Source of the DNA: Halocafeteria seosinensis
Taxonomy: Eukaryota
Direction of reading: 5' to 3'
NCBI GenBank assembly: GCA_001687465.1
Contig: LVLI01000079.1
Location: 108,772-128,771 of the forward strand
Length of the DNA stretch: 20,000 bases
Of the stretch, positions 1-11,779 are shown one piece after another. Numbering within the stretch: the stretch's first letter is position 1; each line of letters begins with the position of its first letter. The notes below the pieces were generated by a model. The model was not told where the DNA came from. It saw nothing but the letters and a program-made list of their open reading frames with translations, and made no database searches. Made by a program: the position numbers and the translations under genes.

Positions 1-1024
1 AAGCTTCTTTCATGCGATTAGCTAAGCTACGATCTTCTTCCCAATCTAAACGTCCCTTCAATGTGTAGACGACATACTTGTCGCTTTCTTGCCTGTATGA
101 ACAGTTGAATGTGAGGAAACCAAATCAAAGCTCTCCAACTATGGAATAATAGGATCTGCTTACCTTAGAGAATTCACCAAAATTGTTGTCTTCACTGGTA
201 GTGAATGGGCATGATCATACTTGCTGCTAATATTCTCATTTTCGGAAGTCATTTTTTGTAGATAATCGTGGGAAATGCTAGCGGTAAAGTCATCCTGAAG
301 CTTGTGGAGCCGATCTGGGTGGATACGGGTAACAATGGTGGCACCGGTATCAGCGTCTTTGCGTTCTAGTCTAAGCTCCGTCGTTAGTTTGTGGTTCGCT
401 TTCAATCGAATTAGACTCTTCTTGTCACCGAGAACTCTAGAGGATTGATATAACAGGATTGACTTTTGTAAGACGTGAAAGCGGTTGTCGTTCTCTTCAG
501 TTTGCGTCCCGGCATTTTTCCTTCTTACAAACGTCTGTGTTGCTCTGTGCGCATACGACTTGTTCAGGTGCTTATCAAGTTCTCCCACTTCTATTGAACT
601 TCCGGGTAAGAATACATCACGTAACGTTGCTTGTCGCTTGGGAAGCAGCTCAGTAAGAGAGATATTTTCGGTTTGTACTCCCATTTCCTGCTCCGTCAAC
701 TGTTGTGGCTCATAACAGAAGGTATCCCTGAGAACTACCAACATTTTCACATTAACTTGGCGGCACTTACTCTGGCTTGAAGCTTTTCTGAAACCATGTA
801 CGGTGGAACGATCTTCTTACAGGAACAGCATGATCCTAGAGTTCTCTGCGTACTAAAGGCAGCAATAGACGGTAGGCATGTATGACTTAAGAGCGATGTG
901 TCCATACTTTGAACTTCTTCCAGCAGTTATCCGGGAAACCATCATCCATCCCGTGCACATCTCTTGTCTCAACCCATCTGTACGCAGGCATTTTGCCTTT
1001 ATATTTTGCGGCATCAGGCATCAT
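1..1024 (-). CDS. Hypothetical spliced protein, runs off the left edge of the window; contains three TQT/VQT motifs
   Basis: ORF 160-750 joins in frame through GT-AG introns. Inferred exons: 1024-908, 835-771, 727-164, 92-<1 (introns of 72, 43 and 71 nt). The start codon is uncertain and upstream exons are possible. No family recognised. Confidence 0.6.
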
Positions 1025-1547
1025 TTTTAGGGGTAGTCCTGTTTGTTTGTACACCGTTTGCTATGTTCACTCCTGTTCTGGTCATGCACAACCGTGACGG
1101 AGCACAGAATTCGAGCGACAATCACTCATATAAATTGAACAATACTAATCTAGCTTCAAACAATAGAAGGACGTCATGGCAACTGATTCATGCATGAACG
1201 CACAATCACGATTCAAACAGGAAGCCGTTGCTTCCTGGTTGTGAATTTCCATATAGTTGAACTCCGTTGTGCCAAACAGTCGGTCGGGTGTATTGCAGTG
1301 ACACAGCAGTGTACATGAATACATGGAGTTTCCTTCGAAGACAGATTACCATACAAGTACTGATCCTGAGGTTGGGGCTTCAAACATCCGGACAGGTCGC
1401 ATCGGCCAGTGGGAGTTATCGGCTGCTGCCTAATAGGCGTTATTTGCGTGAAGGGCTTCAGGATTGTGGACTTGACTAGCAAAGTACCGGTACGAGTGTA
1501 GCAGCAGTCGCTTATCGTTGGTTAGAAAAGAAAAGAGCGTCTCTATC

Positions 1548-3438
1548 ATGAAGAAACACACGAAACCGACCAATGAGGAAGCTACCCCTCCGGCAACAGA
1601 TATCACCGAAGATGTGGAGGAGGAGGAGGACAAGCCTTTCTTGAACCGCGATAAGGATACAACTCAGCCACAAGAGGAGCCATCAGACGAAGAAAGCCGC
1701 AAAATGGCGGCGACGCAAAACAAAATTATGCAGAAGTTCTTTCCAGCGTACTTTGTGGCGATCTTGGCGGACTGGCTTCATGGGCCTTATTTGTACAATG
1801 TCTACGAAGAAAAGGGATATTCACATTCTCAGAGTATGTAGCATGACGTTAATCTGTGACGGCGTTGATGATGGTATCGATGTGCTTTTGAAACTTGCTG
1901 TCTGCAGTTGGTATGCTCTTCACTATTGGATTTGCCAGTTCTGGCTTTTTTGGAATCATTGCCGGCAAGCTCGTAGACATGACCGGTAGAAGGAAAGGAT
2001 GCATCGTCTTTTGCGTACTGTATGCTTTGAACTGCTTAATCATTCGCTCTGCCAACCTCTCTCTTTTGGCACTTGGGAGAGTGATTAGTGGAGTAGCTAC
2101 GTCGTTACTGATGTCGGCTTTTGAGGGGTGGCTAACTTCTCATTGCGAAGAGGTGAGGGGATGCATAAGGAAGGCTAAATCTTACTTACCTATCGTTGTC
2201 AAGGGAGATGATACATGTCGCCTTGTCTATGTGTGGTGCAGCAATTGGTTTCCTCGAAGCACCAGGGCAGGATCTTTGCTTTCATGGGTACCTTGAATAG
2301 CGCATCAGCCATCCTTGCAGGGGTTGTAGCTAATTACGTGAGTGCATCGATAACCCTGTTTGATATGTTTATTGTGTTCTTTATATCGATTTGTCTAACA
2401 TGGTGCGCAGTTGGTACTTCTGGCGGGTTACCAGGGACCGTTTGACGGCGCGGCCTTTATACTGATCGGCGGTCTTTTGTGGATCGTAAACATATGGGAA
2501 GAAAACAAGTTTGCTTCCAGTCAAGCCAACATATACGATATAGCCGAACTCTGCAAGAAGATGTATCAGAGCATTGAAACCGTTCGAAACAGTAAGATTG
2601 TTGATACTCATCCTTCTCGCCCTGCGCAACCAACGGATGCTCTACTGACACAGATCCGAGCATGGTGACACTGGGATTAGCGCAAGTAGTGTTTGAGACA
2701 TCGATGTATATCTTTGTGTATGTCTGGGTTCCTGCTCTTCAGAATTGTGATACGAGCTTAAATGTAGGTGCCTGTCCCTGCGTGGGAAATCAGTCTCTGT
2801 TGTGTGATCGTTTATTTGAATGCCCGCTACAGCTTTCGAATGGTTACATTTTTGCCATTTTGATGGTATTCATGACACTTGGATCCCAGGCAACAACATA
2901 CCATCATGCAAATTCAGTCTCGAGCTTGGCGAAACGCGTTGTCTTCATTGGTAGCATGGGTGTAGTTCTCTTCGGCATTTCCATCTTCGTGAGCGACTGC
3001 ACTCTCTTGCTGACCATGTTCTGCTTGTTTGAATTTTGTTGTGGTATCTTCTTCCCTACAATGGTGAGCACTTCTGATAATGTATTCTCACTTTTATGCA
3101 AACTGTTTAACTAGCTGTTTGCATTCTCACAGGGGCATCTGAGGTCTTATATCGTTCCAGATGGGGACAAGGTGACGGTCATTAACATCTTCCGAACGGT
3201 CTTGAACATCAACGTGATTATCTTCTTGCTAGTGGTAAGAGGAATCGTTCTCGCATTGTGTTCATCGATAAGTTGTTTTCAATGGAACGTTTTGATCGTG
3301 GATATGCAGGGCTCTTCTGTGGCTATTAAACAAGTCTTTGTGGCATGTTTGCTTCTCCAAGCAGTTGTAGTGTCTTGCGGCCTCCGTTTGATGTCTCAGC
3401 GTCCTGAAACTCAAGAAACTGCATCGTTGTCTGAATAA
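1548..3438 (+). CDS. MFSD5: MFS transporter, MFSD5/MOT2 (molybdate-anion transporter) family, about 459 aa, 8 exons
   Basis: Family motifs ADWLHGPYLY, GF.SS..FG...G.LVD..GRRKGC, GRVISGVATSLLMSAFEGW, FETSMYIFVYVWVP, FEFCCGIFFP and NIFR. Exons 1548-1833, 1908-2152, 2242-2337, 2411-2591, 2654-2763, 2833-3063, 3133-3234, 3310-3438 join in frame with GT-AG introns. Confidence 0.9.
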
Positions 3439-3605
3439 ACACTCTACGCGTGAAAGACCATCGGCACCATAATGTACTTCTCCGTCACTGGTATCACTCC
3501 CTGCTTTGTGAAGCTCGTTCGTTAGGTCGTTCTTAGGTCAGAAGAAAGAGATATCTGCATGATATGATCTAGCCTCTTTGAGGTACAAATAGTACAAGGT
3601 GCAAC

Positions 3606-4825
3606 ATGCACCGAACTCGAGTAGTAGCGCGAGTAGTGTTGCAGAGGATGGGCAAAACGGCCCAACCGCCGCGTCACAGATACAGCCTCAGGAGCTGTAG
3701 TCATGCTTCGACCTTTCAGGAAGACGGCCGCAAGGGGGCTAGTACTACAGGCAGCACAGGTTCAAATGATAAGAAACGCCTCAGGGAATCAAGCACTCGC
3801 TCTTCTGAAACAAGAGCAGTTAAACGAGCAGCCCCCAATGGAATTAGTGAGAGCAAACTGAAACAAGTGACTTTGTCACGGAAGTACGAGGAGCGTGTTT
3901 GGAAGGCCGGCAAGGAGCTTGTAGCTGGAGTAGACGAAGCGGGTAGAGGTAGGTGAACATGGTATGATCTGTGTATTCGCTACGAAGCAGACTGTACCAC
4001 AACGAAACTTGCAGGACCATTGGCAGGCCCTGTGGTGGCTGCAGCATGTGTGATTCCTCCCAGCGTTAAGATTGAAGGAGTTGGAGACAGTAAGATGCTG
4101 ACAGAAAGCGAACGAGAACGGCTGTTTGCTTTACTTGTAGAGCATCCTGAAGTGGACTACTGCATTTCGATCGCTGACCACACGTTGATTGACGAAATCA
4201 ACATTCTACAAGTATGTAGAGAAATATTGGTCGCCCACCATACCAGCTGTCCGACTCTTCCATGGATCCGTGGGTCATACAGGCAACGTTTGTGGCTATG
4301 ACTCGAGCTATCGATGGACTGAAGAAAAATCCTCATCATATTTTCATCGACGGCAACAAAGTACCGCCTACCTTGGAGGCGCGTTCAAAAGGAACTGAGT
4401 CGATCCCACAGCCAGGGTCCGCGTCACTATGTATGCCGTGGAATACAACGGAGGAGCGCGGGGAGTCATCAGAAGGTAATAGTGAAGCTTCACCTTACAG
4501 TGTAGAAGCACTTGTGAAAGGAGATGGGAAGTGTTATAGCATCGCTGCCGCCTCTATCTTGGCCAAGGTTGCTCGAGATAAGCTGATGGCGGAGTACGAT
4601 AGACAATTTCCTCAGTACAACTTGGCGAAACATAAGGGCTATCCGACTGGAGACCATATGGCCGCAGTCAAAAAGCACGGGGCCAGCTCGATCCACCGGT
4701 ACACTTATGCACCCATCAAGCATACGCTGGTTCGAGATCCTTCGTGGAAATCTCCACCAATTCCAGTGGAGTGCTTGGGCGCATTGAGGGTCCTTCAAAC
4801 CAAAGCGTCGTATGAATCACATTAA
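3606..4825 (+). CDS. rnhB: Ribonuclease HII, bacterial type, with N-terminal extension, about 360 aa, 3 exons
   Basis: GVDEAGRGPLAGPV (spanning intron 3949-4014), DSK, DEINILQAT (spanning intron 4212-4282), IDGN, VKGD.K.YSIAAASILAKVARD, HKGYPT. Exons 3606-3948, 4015-4211, 4283-4825. Confidence 0.92.
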
Positions 4826-5193
4826 GAAGGGAAACGTCTTCTACCATCTGTCGCTTCGAACCTAATCCCTGCACACTGGCCCGTTCTTTCCTCGATGCGG
4901 TAGTTGCGCAATAGTCTGTCTTCTTTGGTGCCATGATAGTCTAATGGGGAAGACGTTAATGCAAGCGTTCGTACGTTTCCTACACGCCAAAGCTTTAGCT
5001 GAAGAGAATGCCTCCAATCCTATGGAAGCCACTTGAAATCCGTACTCTTCTCTTCCGCATGACTTCGACGATACGGTTGGTGAGGCGCCACCGACGAGTC
5101 ATGCTTCTTCGCCGGAGTTGTCTTGAATAAACATTATTACAGATCCAGTGCGTGTCTGTCTTCAATCAGCCATGTCTTTTCTGATGCTTCCGT

Positions 5194-6504
5194 TCACACG
5201 TCGAAAATTGGTTCAATGAATTCCGTAAATAATTTCGAGTAACAGAGAAGGAAATGGATCATGAGTACAATCTCTTCGGCAGAAATCAGTGTTGCAGTTA
5301 GATGACTCACGACGGTGCAGATTGCTAGAAGAAACGGTCCCCAAACGTAGCTGATCTTCACGGCCTTGCCGATTTCGTCATGGATTGCGTCAGGGTCGTC
5401 TCTTCGGTTTCGAATTTCCACTCGGCGAAACTGGAAGTCCTGCTCTATGTACTGCTGGCTCATTTTCGGATTTAGTACCAACATGTAGAGGTGTGGCAAA
5501 GTGAAGGACACAACTACCGCAAACAATTCGTATATGAACATTGTGTTGGCAATTGAGCCGAACCAAGGACTGAACGCACCAATCTTGGGGAGTTGAAGAA
5601 TAACGTAGAGGGTTAAGATAATCGGAAACGGGAGCATGTGATCGAAAATGGCGATAGTAACTGGTTCGAACTTCCTGCGGTGGCGGACATACACTTCAGT
5701 TACCTTCTGAACGTACCGAGTCCAGAGTACGCATGCTACGAGAAGGACAGTGAAAATGATTGATAAAAAGACCTTTCCCATTAAAAGCGAACTTTCCAAA
5801 ACATCTGTACGAAAATGCTGAGCAGCACCGGACAATCTCTCACCGAGCCTCCAAAACAATTTGCAAATAATTAGCATCACAATAAACGTGCGGGCAGCTG
5901 ACCCATACATAAAGACTCCAGCTACTCGCATAGTTTCCTCTAGCATAAAAAAAATTAAAGTTGTCCCGACTGTTTGGAGCAATACGATTGCGTAACCGAG
6001 TAAGTAGGGATAATCCTGTAAATATGCAACTCCTGTAACTGGCAATACTTCTATGACTCTGGTAAAGATGGCTGCCACAGTTGTCACTGCAGCGAGTACG
6101 ATACCGGCTAATTTCACCAGAGTATCGTTGAATAGACGATTGTGATTCCTTTCGGCCTGAGTCATTCTTCTAGTATCTTTCCTTATCAAAGGCACTTCAA
6201 AGTATTCACCCAGCACGGGTACAAGAATTTGAGCTGTGACCAATGCAAACAACGCCACACAAGCTGGTGAGCCATAGGGGAATAAAGCGATCGGTGGTAG
6301 ATCCTTCACTGCCTTAGCTGCTTCAGCTTGACCTGCCATGGGGATAAAGCAGAAGGAGAGCATCAAAATCAGAATAATGACCGTATGCCATATTCGTCGT
6401 GATGTGATGGCTCGAGTACCTTCATGGCCTTCTGTTCGACATCGGGGTAGAAAGTGCTGAGCCACCCGCGCGATGGGAAACACCCACTTGCCTGAGGTCA
6501 TCAT
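5194..6504 (-). CDS. Highly divergent Sec61alpha/SecY-family translocon subunit paralogue, intronless, 436 aa
   Basis: About 10 hydrophobic segments, colinear with Sec61alpha landmarks: LP...IW.T...FIPMAG, LFND..VKLAG (cf. LFNGAQKLFG), LQ.....IFFMLEE.M..AG..YGSA..FI (cf. IQLF..[25 protein letters not shown]), PIIL in TM7, and a C-terminal loop 8/9-TM9-TM10 pattern. Confidence 0.75.
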   Translation of the reverse strand: MMTSGKWVFPIARVAQHFLPRCRTEGHEGTRAITSRRIWHTVIILILMLSFCFIPMAGQAEAAKAVKDLPPIALFPYGSPACVALFALVTAQILVPVLGEYFEVPLIRKDTRRMTQAERNHNRLFNDTLVKLAGIVLAAVTTVAAIFTRVIEVLPVTGVAYLQDYPYLLGYAIVLLQTVGTTLIFFMLEETMRVAGVFMYGSAARTFIVMLIICKLFWRLGERLSGAAQHFRTDVLESSLLMGKVFLSIIFTVLLVACVLWTRYVQKVTEVYVRHRRKFEPVTIAIFDHMLPFPIILTLYVILQLPKIGAFSPWFGSIANTMFIYELFAVVVSFTLPHLYMLVLNPKMSQQYIEQDFQFRRVEIRNRRDDPDAIHDEIGKAVKISYVWGPFLLAICTVVSHLTATLISAEEIVLMIHFLLCYSKLFTEFIEPIFDV

Positions 6505-6746
6505 TCATGGATATCTTACCACGTATGTCCCAATCCATCAATCAATCCGTCCAACTCGGCTTTCTAGCCAGTACCGTAGCCGGTCCGTAGGTATAGGATT
6601 AACTGTACACCTTCACAAACACTTCAAGTACAGAGCCCAAGCACGAACGGTGTCAAATGCTCTAGGTTTGTCTCGGGATGACTGTTCACTTTCAGAAGTA
6701 GTTCTTGAACCGTGGAAGACTTCACTGGAAGTGGGGATCGTGTAAC

Positions 6747-8623
6747 ATGATGTCCGGGGTCAGCAGGAGAACGGATGGCCGACATAAAAAGGGCCGTAAC
6801 TTTATCCCCAGTCAAGGGCCATCCAAACTGAAATGTGCTGGTTATTTTATAGCGTTTCTGATGGCAGTAATGGCTGTGTCCTCGATTGTGAGGATGCTCA
6901 AAGGTCAAACGAAGACCAGCATATATGACGACGATGATACACAGGGAGGGGCAGAATCACGGACACGAGAAATGATGCGTGGACATAGACAGCAACAGAA
7001 GCAGGATTGCAACTGTGAAAAGTCTACGGTAAACACGAATAGTAGAGTAGAGAGCGAGAGGAAGGGCGAGAAAGGTGGTGGGGAGGATGCAGACAAAGGG
7101 GAATGGCAAACGCCCCAAATTGAAATGGAATCACATTACAAACGAGGTATGACAGGTAGTAGAGTTACGTACGTCTTTTTTTTAAATTTGCTACCACGAA
7201 GTGTGTCCTTCACTGCAGTTTTCGGGGTGGAACCCTTCGATGAAACTCACCGAAAGCACTGGGAGTTACACAATATCCCGACAGATCACTGGTATCAAAA
7301 GGCTAGAGAAGACGTAGATAAATGTGATTTGCGAATTCCGGACCCAGACCATGCGGCGTACACTGATGAAACAACAGTCGTCACAGCACTGCTAGATCTG
7401 AAGCGAGGTGAGAAAGGGAACGGAATGTTCCAACGCAGCATGAAAGAATACTTTCAGCGGTTAGACCGCATTCTCGCAAACAAATGGCCCGTTGTAAGTT
7501 TCGTTGCGGAAACAATATCTGTTGGTGCATCTTTTCACTGTTCCGCAATGTTTGTCAACCAGGTAGTATTTATCCCTGAAGACTTTGCCCAGGAAATCCA
7601 TCCACACAACGATCGAACTCATATAATCCCGTTCGATATGGAGAAACTCAAGAAATTCTTCCCCTATTGGGACCGAGTGGAGCAAATCCGTTTGTCGTCA
7701 CTGTGGCAGGCACAAGCCAAGGCAATTGGTATGTATCATATCACTGGTTGTGGGATTTAGCTTTTATCGTGATTTCTGCATTTCTCTTCAGGGTGGTTGT
7801 ATGATTCCCCTCAATCGAGGTTGCAAGGGTACAATCCGTTGGTAATGTCGAAAATCCTGTTCCTCCGCGAGGGTGCTCGCTTGAATCCCTTCAAGACTAA
7901 GAACTTTATGTTTTTAGACGCTGGACACATGTGTGCCACGGAAATCAAGCCCGGTGAAATACCGACTTACGAGGAGCACTTTGATAAGGTTAGTGAAGAG
8001 GGATTAGCACGAAGGATCCACCGTAGTATTTCATTTCTGTTTCTGTGATGGCAGTTCATGGTGACACATTGGCCCTATGGGACTACTACGGAGGTGCATG
8101 GCTTTACAGATAAGGCCATGCATATGTACATGAACACGAAGTCTGACCCGCTTCAGATAGTGCGAGGAGGGTAAGTTTCGTGTGGAAGACTTTGTGAGCC
8201 TACGGTCGAAGCAGCTAACCAATTCTTGGCTGCAGAATCTTTGGAGGGCAAAAGCCATACATTGAATGTGTAACGAAGGTTTATCTAAGAATACTGGCTC
8301 AAACGCTTCAAGATGGCTACATGGGAACCGAAGAAAACATCTTCGCAATCGCAATGAAGAGGTATGTCCGTGGAGGAAGTCATGTTTCCAAAAGCCAGAG
8401 ATTATACGTTTCTCTCTTGTTCCTGGTTATTTTCAGATTCCCAGAATTGTTTCATGGCTATGATAATAATCAGCGAGGTAATCACGGCGACAATTGTGCC
8501 TCGTTTGCTGACAATCTCGAGCGAGTCAGAGACGCCAAACGAAAGGGTGGTTGGGAACCTAAGCCGTGGATCGACAAGTACGAGACTGGAAAATATAAAC
8601 CGGGTGATCAAGTCAAGCCTTAG
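6747..8623 (+). CDS. HtrL/YibB-family (glycosyltransferase-like) type II membrane protein, about 488 aa, 7 exons
   Basis: N-terminal TM anchor and stem, then TVVTALLDLKRG..RS..EY, SPQ..L.GYNPLVMSK.LFL...A.LNPF.T..F.FLDAG, IVRGG.FGG and MGTEE. Exons 6747-7146 (alternative donor at 7156), 7219-7493, 7563-7728, 7792-7988, 8055-8170, 8236-8361, 8437-8623. Confidence 0.8.
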
Positions 8624-8956
8624 GAACCAACTGGACATATGACCTTGTGTTGTTGGAATCTTATTTCGAATCTACAAACTTATATAGAAGGAAGGGTCTC
8701 ACAGATTTCTGGCGCATCCGAAACTTTCGTGACGCTTGAAGGTTCTCAGTATGTTCAACTATACTATGTTGTTGTCTATTATATTCAGAACTTTTTCTGA
8801 GGTTTTGATGGCATAGAGAGAGTAGATTAAAACAAAAATATGTATAAACATTTTTTGATAGCGCCAGAAATTATACGTCATGCACTGAAGAAACGATAGA
8901 CGAGTTACTCCCGCGTTAGTTGGCAGGGGGGCACCCCGGGTAGAACGCAGTCTACG

Positions 8957-11109
8957 ATGAGTTCGAACGTGTCTGCACATCGTTCGAAGGGAGGGCGATA
9001 TACAGGAAACAGTACTTCATTCGCCCCGTCGAGACGCTTGGCGCCACGACCGCCAGCGTATGAACATCCTAGCCGGCAAAATGGAGGGCCTCCGGGAGAA
9101 TGTATTCATGACGGAGCACCTCACAGAATAACCCCACGCCCTCCATCGCAGCTAGGACACCGGCATCAGAGTTCTTCAGCGTCCGCATCCACCTCATCGT
9201 CCTCTGGAACAGGGGCAGCAGCTTCTGGAGTGTCGTCATCGAGAGTACTCAGCCAGCAAACCTCCTCTAATCGAACAATTCGCAGCAGCATGAGTACAAG
9301 CAGTGGTGGCGAGGATATTACTACTGGAACCAACGGTGATGAAACAAAATTCAACCGCCACAGTTGGTCGAGGGGACCTCAACAAAATAGTCAGACTAAT
9401 GCCGTATTGAGGTACCGTGAACCTTGTGTGTTGAGAGCACCGGAAGCGTCCACAACGACGCAGGGGGGCTATCTCAGAGGAGTAGGGGGCTCGAAGACTA
9501 CATACGCAGCTCTGGGAGATGCCAATGCGACCGCTGTTTTAGCTTTCCACCATCCCGAAAAACTCATGACTTCGTGTTATGAGACCTCACAGATGTATGT
9601 AAAGGCCACCCATAATCCACTGCTGTGTGGCAAGGTATCGGCAGCTACCGTCTCCGAAAGTCCTACCGAATGCGAAGGTGATGAAGAGGCTGCGGGCTTT
9701 GGGATAAGCGGAAGACAACAGGACGAAGGCACATACTGCTCCTATCATCAACCTGTGTGTGTATATATGAATGTAGATTCCGGCAAGTATTTGAGCATGG
9801 ATAGTAAAGGTGTTGAACTGAAGAGGCCTGAGGATGTAAGGAAAAGCAAGAAGAAGCGAGAGATCCAGTTCTATGCACGCCCATTCCAGGGCACAGAAGA
9901 AATGGTTTTCGCAAGATCTGATGCTAAAATTTTGCTTGGTGACTCTATACTACTGGAGTCTGTAAGGTATCCAGGCGTCTTCATATCGGGGGAATGGGAA
10001 AACACTTGCGACGACATTAACAATTGCGTTCCACTGGGAAAGACCACATCGGAAATGTCAGCTCTGATAGTCCGGCCGCACCTTGCTCCCTTAAATATAC
10101 TGGTCAAACTACGTGTAGGCTCCGGTTCATCGACTTCTGATAATCAGCCGTACAATGGTCGTAGTGGAGGTTCCGGAGACAGAGAAGTTGACCAGCGCGC
10201 AGAAGATAGTTATTTTGAGGCAGATGTAGAGGACAGGGTCGCGGTAGAATTAATGAAGTAAGCTATTTTGAGTTCTGTGCTTGTATTCATTTGTGCCTTT
10301 TGCTACCTTACACTTTGCGACTGATTCTCTCCAGACGATTACCGGAGTCTCTGGTACAATATATTTTTACATTTCGACGGGCATGGCTTCAGACGTGTCG
10401 GCTAGTATCGAAGTCTTGGAGGAACTTTGCAGAAGAGCGGGTGACACGGATTTCAATTAGCAGTAGCTTCTTCGGAGGTGTGTCAACTACACGTAGACGA
10501 GCTATGAAGCCATATCAAGGCTTTGTATCCCGGTGTCACTATGTTAAAGTTCTGGTACTTCAAGGGATTGATCCTCTCTCTGAGGTAAGTAGGAGAACCA
10601 AGGAGTTCATGTGTTGGTGAAGAAAGTAGCTGATGTATGTGCAGGGGGCTGCTGAAGATTTGATAGAGTGCAAATCACTCCGGGTACTTTCAGTTGGGGT
10701 AAGCTGTCAGTTACAGAACGCGTTGAAACCTCTCTGGTGTTTACCTGTAGAGTTTGCTCTCTCTTTATCGTTTCAGGGATGTAGTCGCTTGGGAGATGGT
10801 TTTGTCCAGCGAGTTGCTGAAACGCAACCTTACCTCAAGACGTTAAATCTAGCGACGACCTTGACGACTGATTTTGGACTGGAAATGATATCAGACGGTT
10901 GCCACGATCTTGAATCTCTGAACCTGTACGGCTGCCAGGGAATTACGATAGTTGGTATTGAAAGGTTGCTAGAACTGCCAATGCTGAAGACGCTGAATAT
11001 AAGAGGGACGCCCCTCTCCAAGGAGGAAGTAGAACACCTCCGCAACCTTGCCCAGCAGCGCGAAATAACGTTGTTGGTAGGTCCGAAGGTAGGGGACACC
11101 ATATACTGA
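8957..11109 (+). CDS. F-box/LRR protein with long Ser-rich N-terminus, about 645 aa, 4 exons
   Basis: F-box RLPESLVQYIFTF...CRLVSKSW, followed by cysteine-containing LRRs (GCSRLGD, LNLATT..TDFGL, LNLYGCQGIT..GI). Exons 8957-10257, 10335-10584, 10645-10698, 10777-11109. Confidence 0.82.
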
Positions 11110-11116
11110 GGTGTCA

Positions 11117-11779
11117 TCAGCCATTCGCAGTAGTACGTCGTTTCGATCCCCTTTGTTGAGCATCCTCATTGAAGAGCTCTTCCCGAACTTTTCTTTGCTC
11201 TCCTTTTTCTAGTTCGCTGGACCTAATGTACAAATAAAGTGTTTTTTTCGCCATAGGGCAATGTGTCTTCCCTCGCGAATTGTTCGTTGCTTCTTGACCA
11301 GACTCCTCCAGGACACCTAAATCCACCACTTCACACGGCATTATGTTGTCTCTCATTTCGAACTCACAGACCAACGGAGGTGAGTACAGGTACGGCGTGT
11401 CCTTGAAAACTCTATTCTGGGTGACGAACCCGCAATGCGTCAAAGACGACGAACCGAGAGTCCCTCTGGGTTTATGAGACGACCCTCGCCCACGGGAACT
11501 GGGTTCTCGAAGGTCAGGTGCTGGGAACTTTTCGTCATCTTCGTCAGCTCCTTTGGCTTCGGGAGGGAATGTAGCTCGAGGGTTACGGTTGATTAGTCCT
11601 CGTAATTGCTCCACGAAGTCCTGACTGTCTGGTTTGAGTTCGGAGTAGTGCTTGCGCAGAATATACACCTTGACGGGAAAAATGACGGATTCGGTTGAGG
11701 AGGAGGGGGAGGTGGAAGTCTCACCAGTGGCTGTACGTGGAGTTAGACGGAAGAAATATAGACGCCGACTCGTATACAT
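11117..11779 (-). CDS. Hypothetical protein, 220 aa, single exon
   Basis: Long ATG-initiated ORF preceded by a pyrimidine-rich leader; convergent with the F-box gene, with only 7 bp between the stop codons. No family recognised. Confidence 0.6.
   Translation of the reverse strand: MYTSRRLYFFRLTPRTATGETSTSPSSSTESVIFPVKVYILRKHYSELKPDSQDFVEQLRGLINRNPRATFPPEAKGADEDDEKFPAPDLREPSSRGRGSSHKPRGTLGSSSLTHCGFVTQNRVFKDTPYLYSPPLVCEFEMRDNIMPCEVVDLGVLEESGQEATNNSRGKTHCPMAKKTLYLYIRSSELEKGEQRKVREELFNEDAQQRGSKRRTTANG

Noticed and set aside
1213..1482. 89-aa minus-strand ORF as a gene or upstream exon of the first gene
   Set aside because: Non-ATG start, no motif, and no convincing splice path established.
4716..5102. 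Possible small spliced minus-strand gene (MTRRWRLTNRIVEVMRKRR...) between rnhB and the Sec61-like gene
   Set aside because: Needs 47- and 34-nt introns, would overlap the rnhB 3' end and has no recognisable homology.
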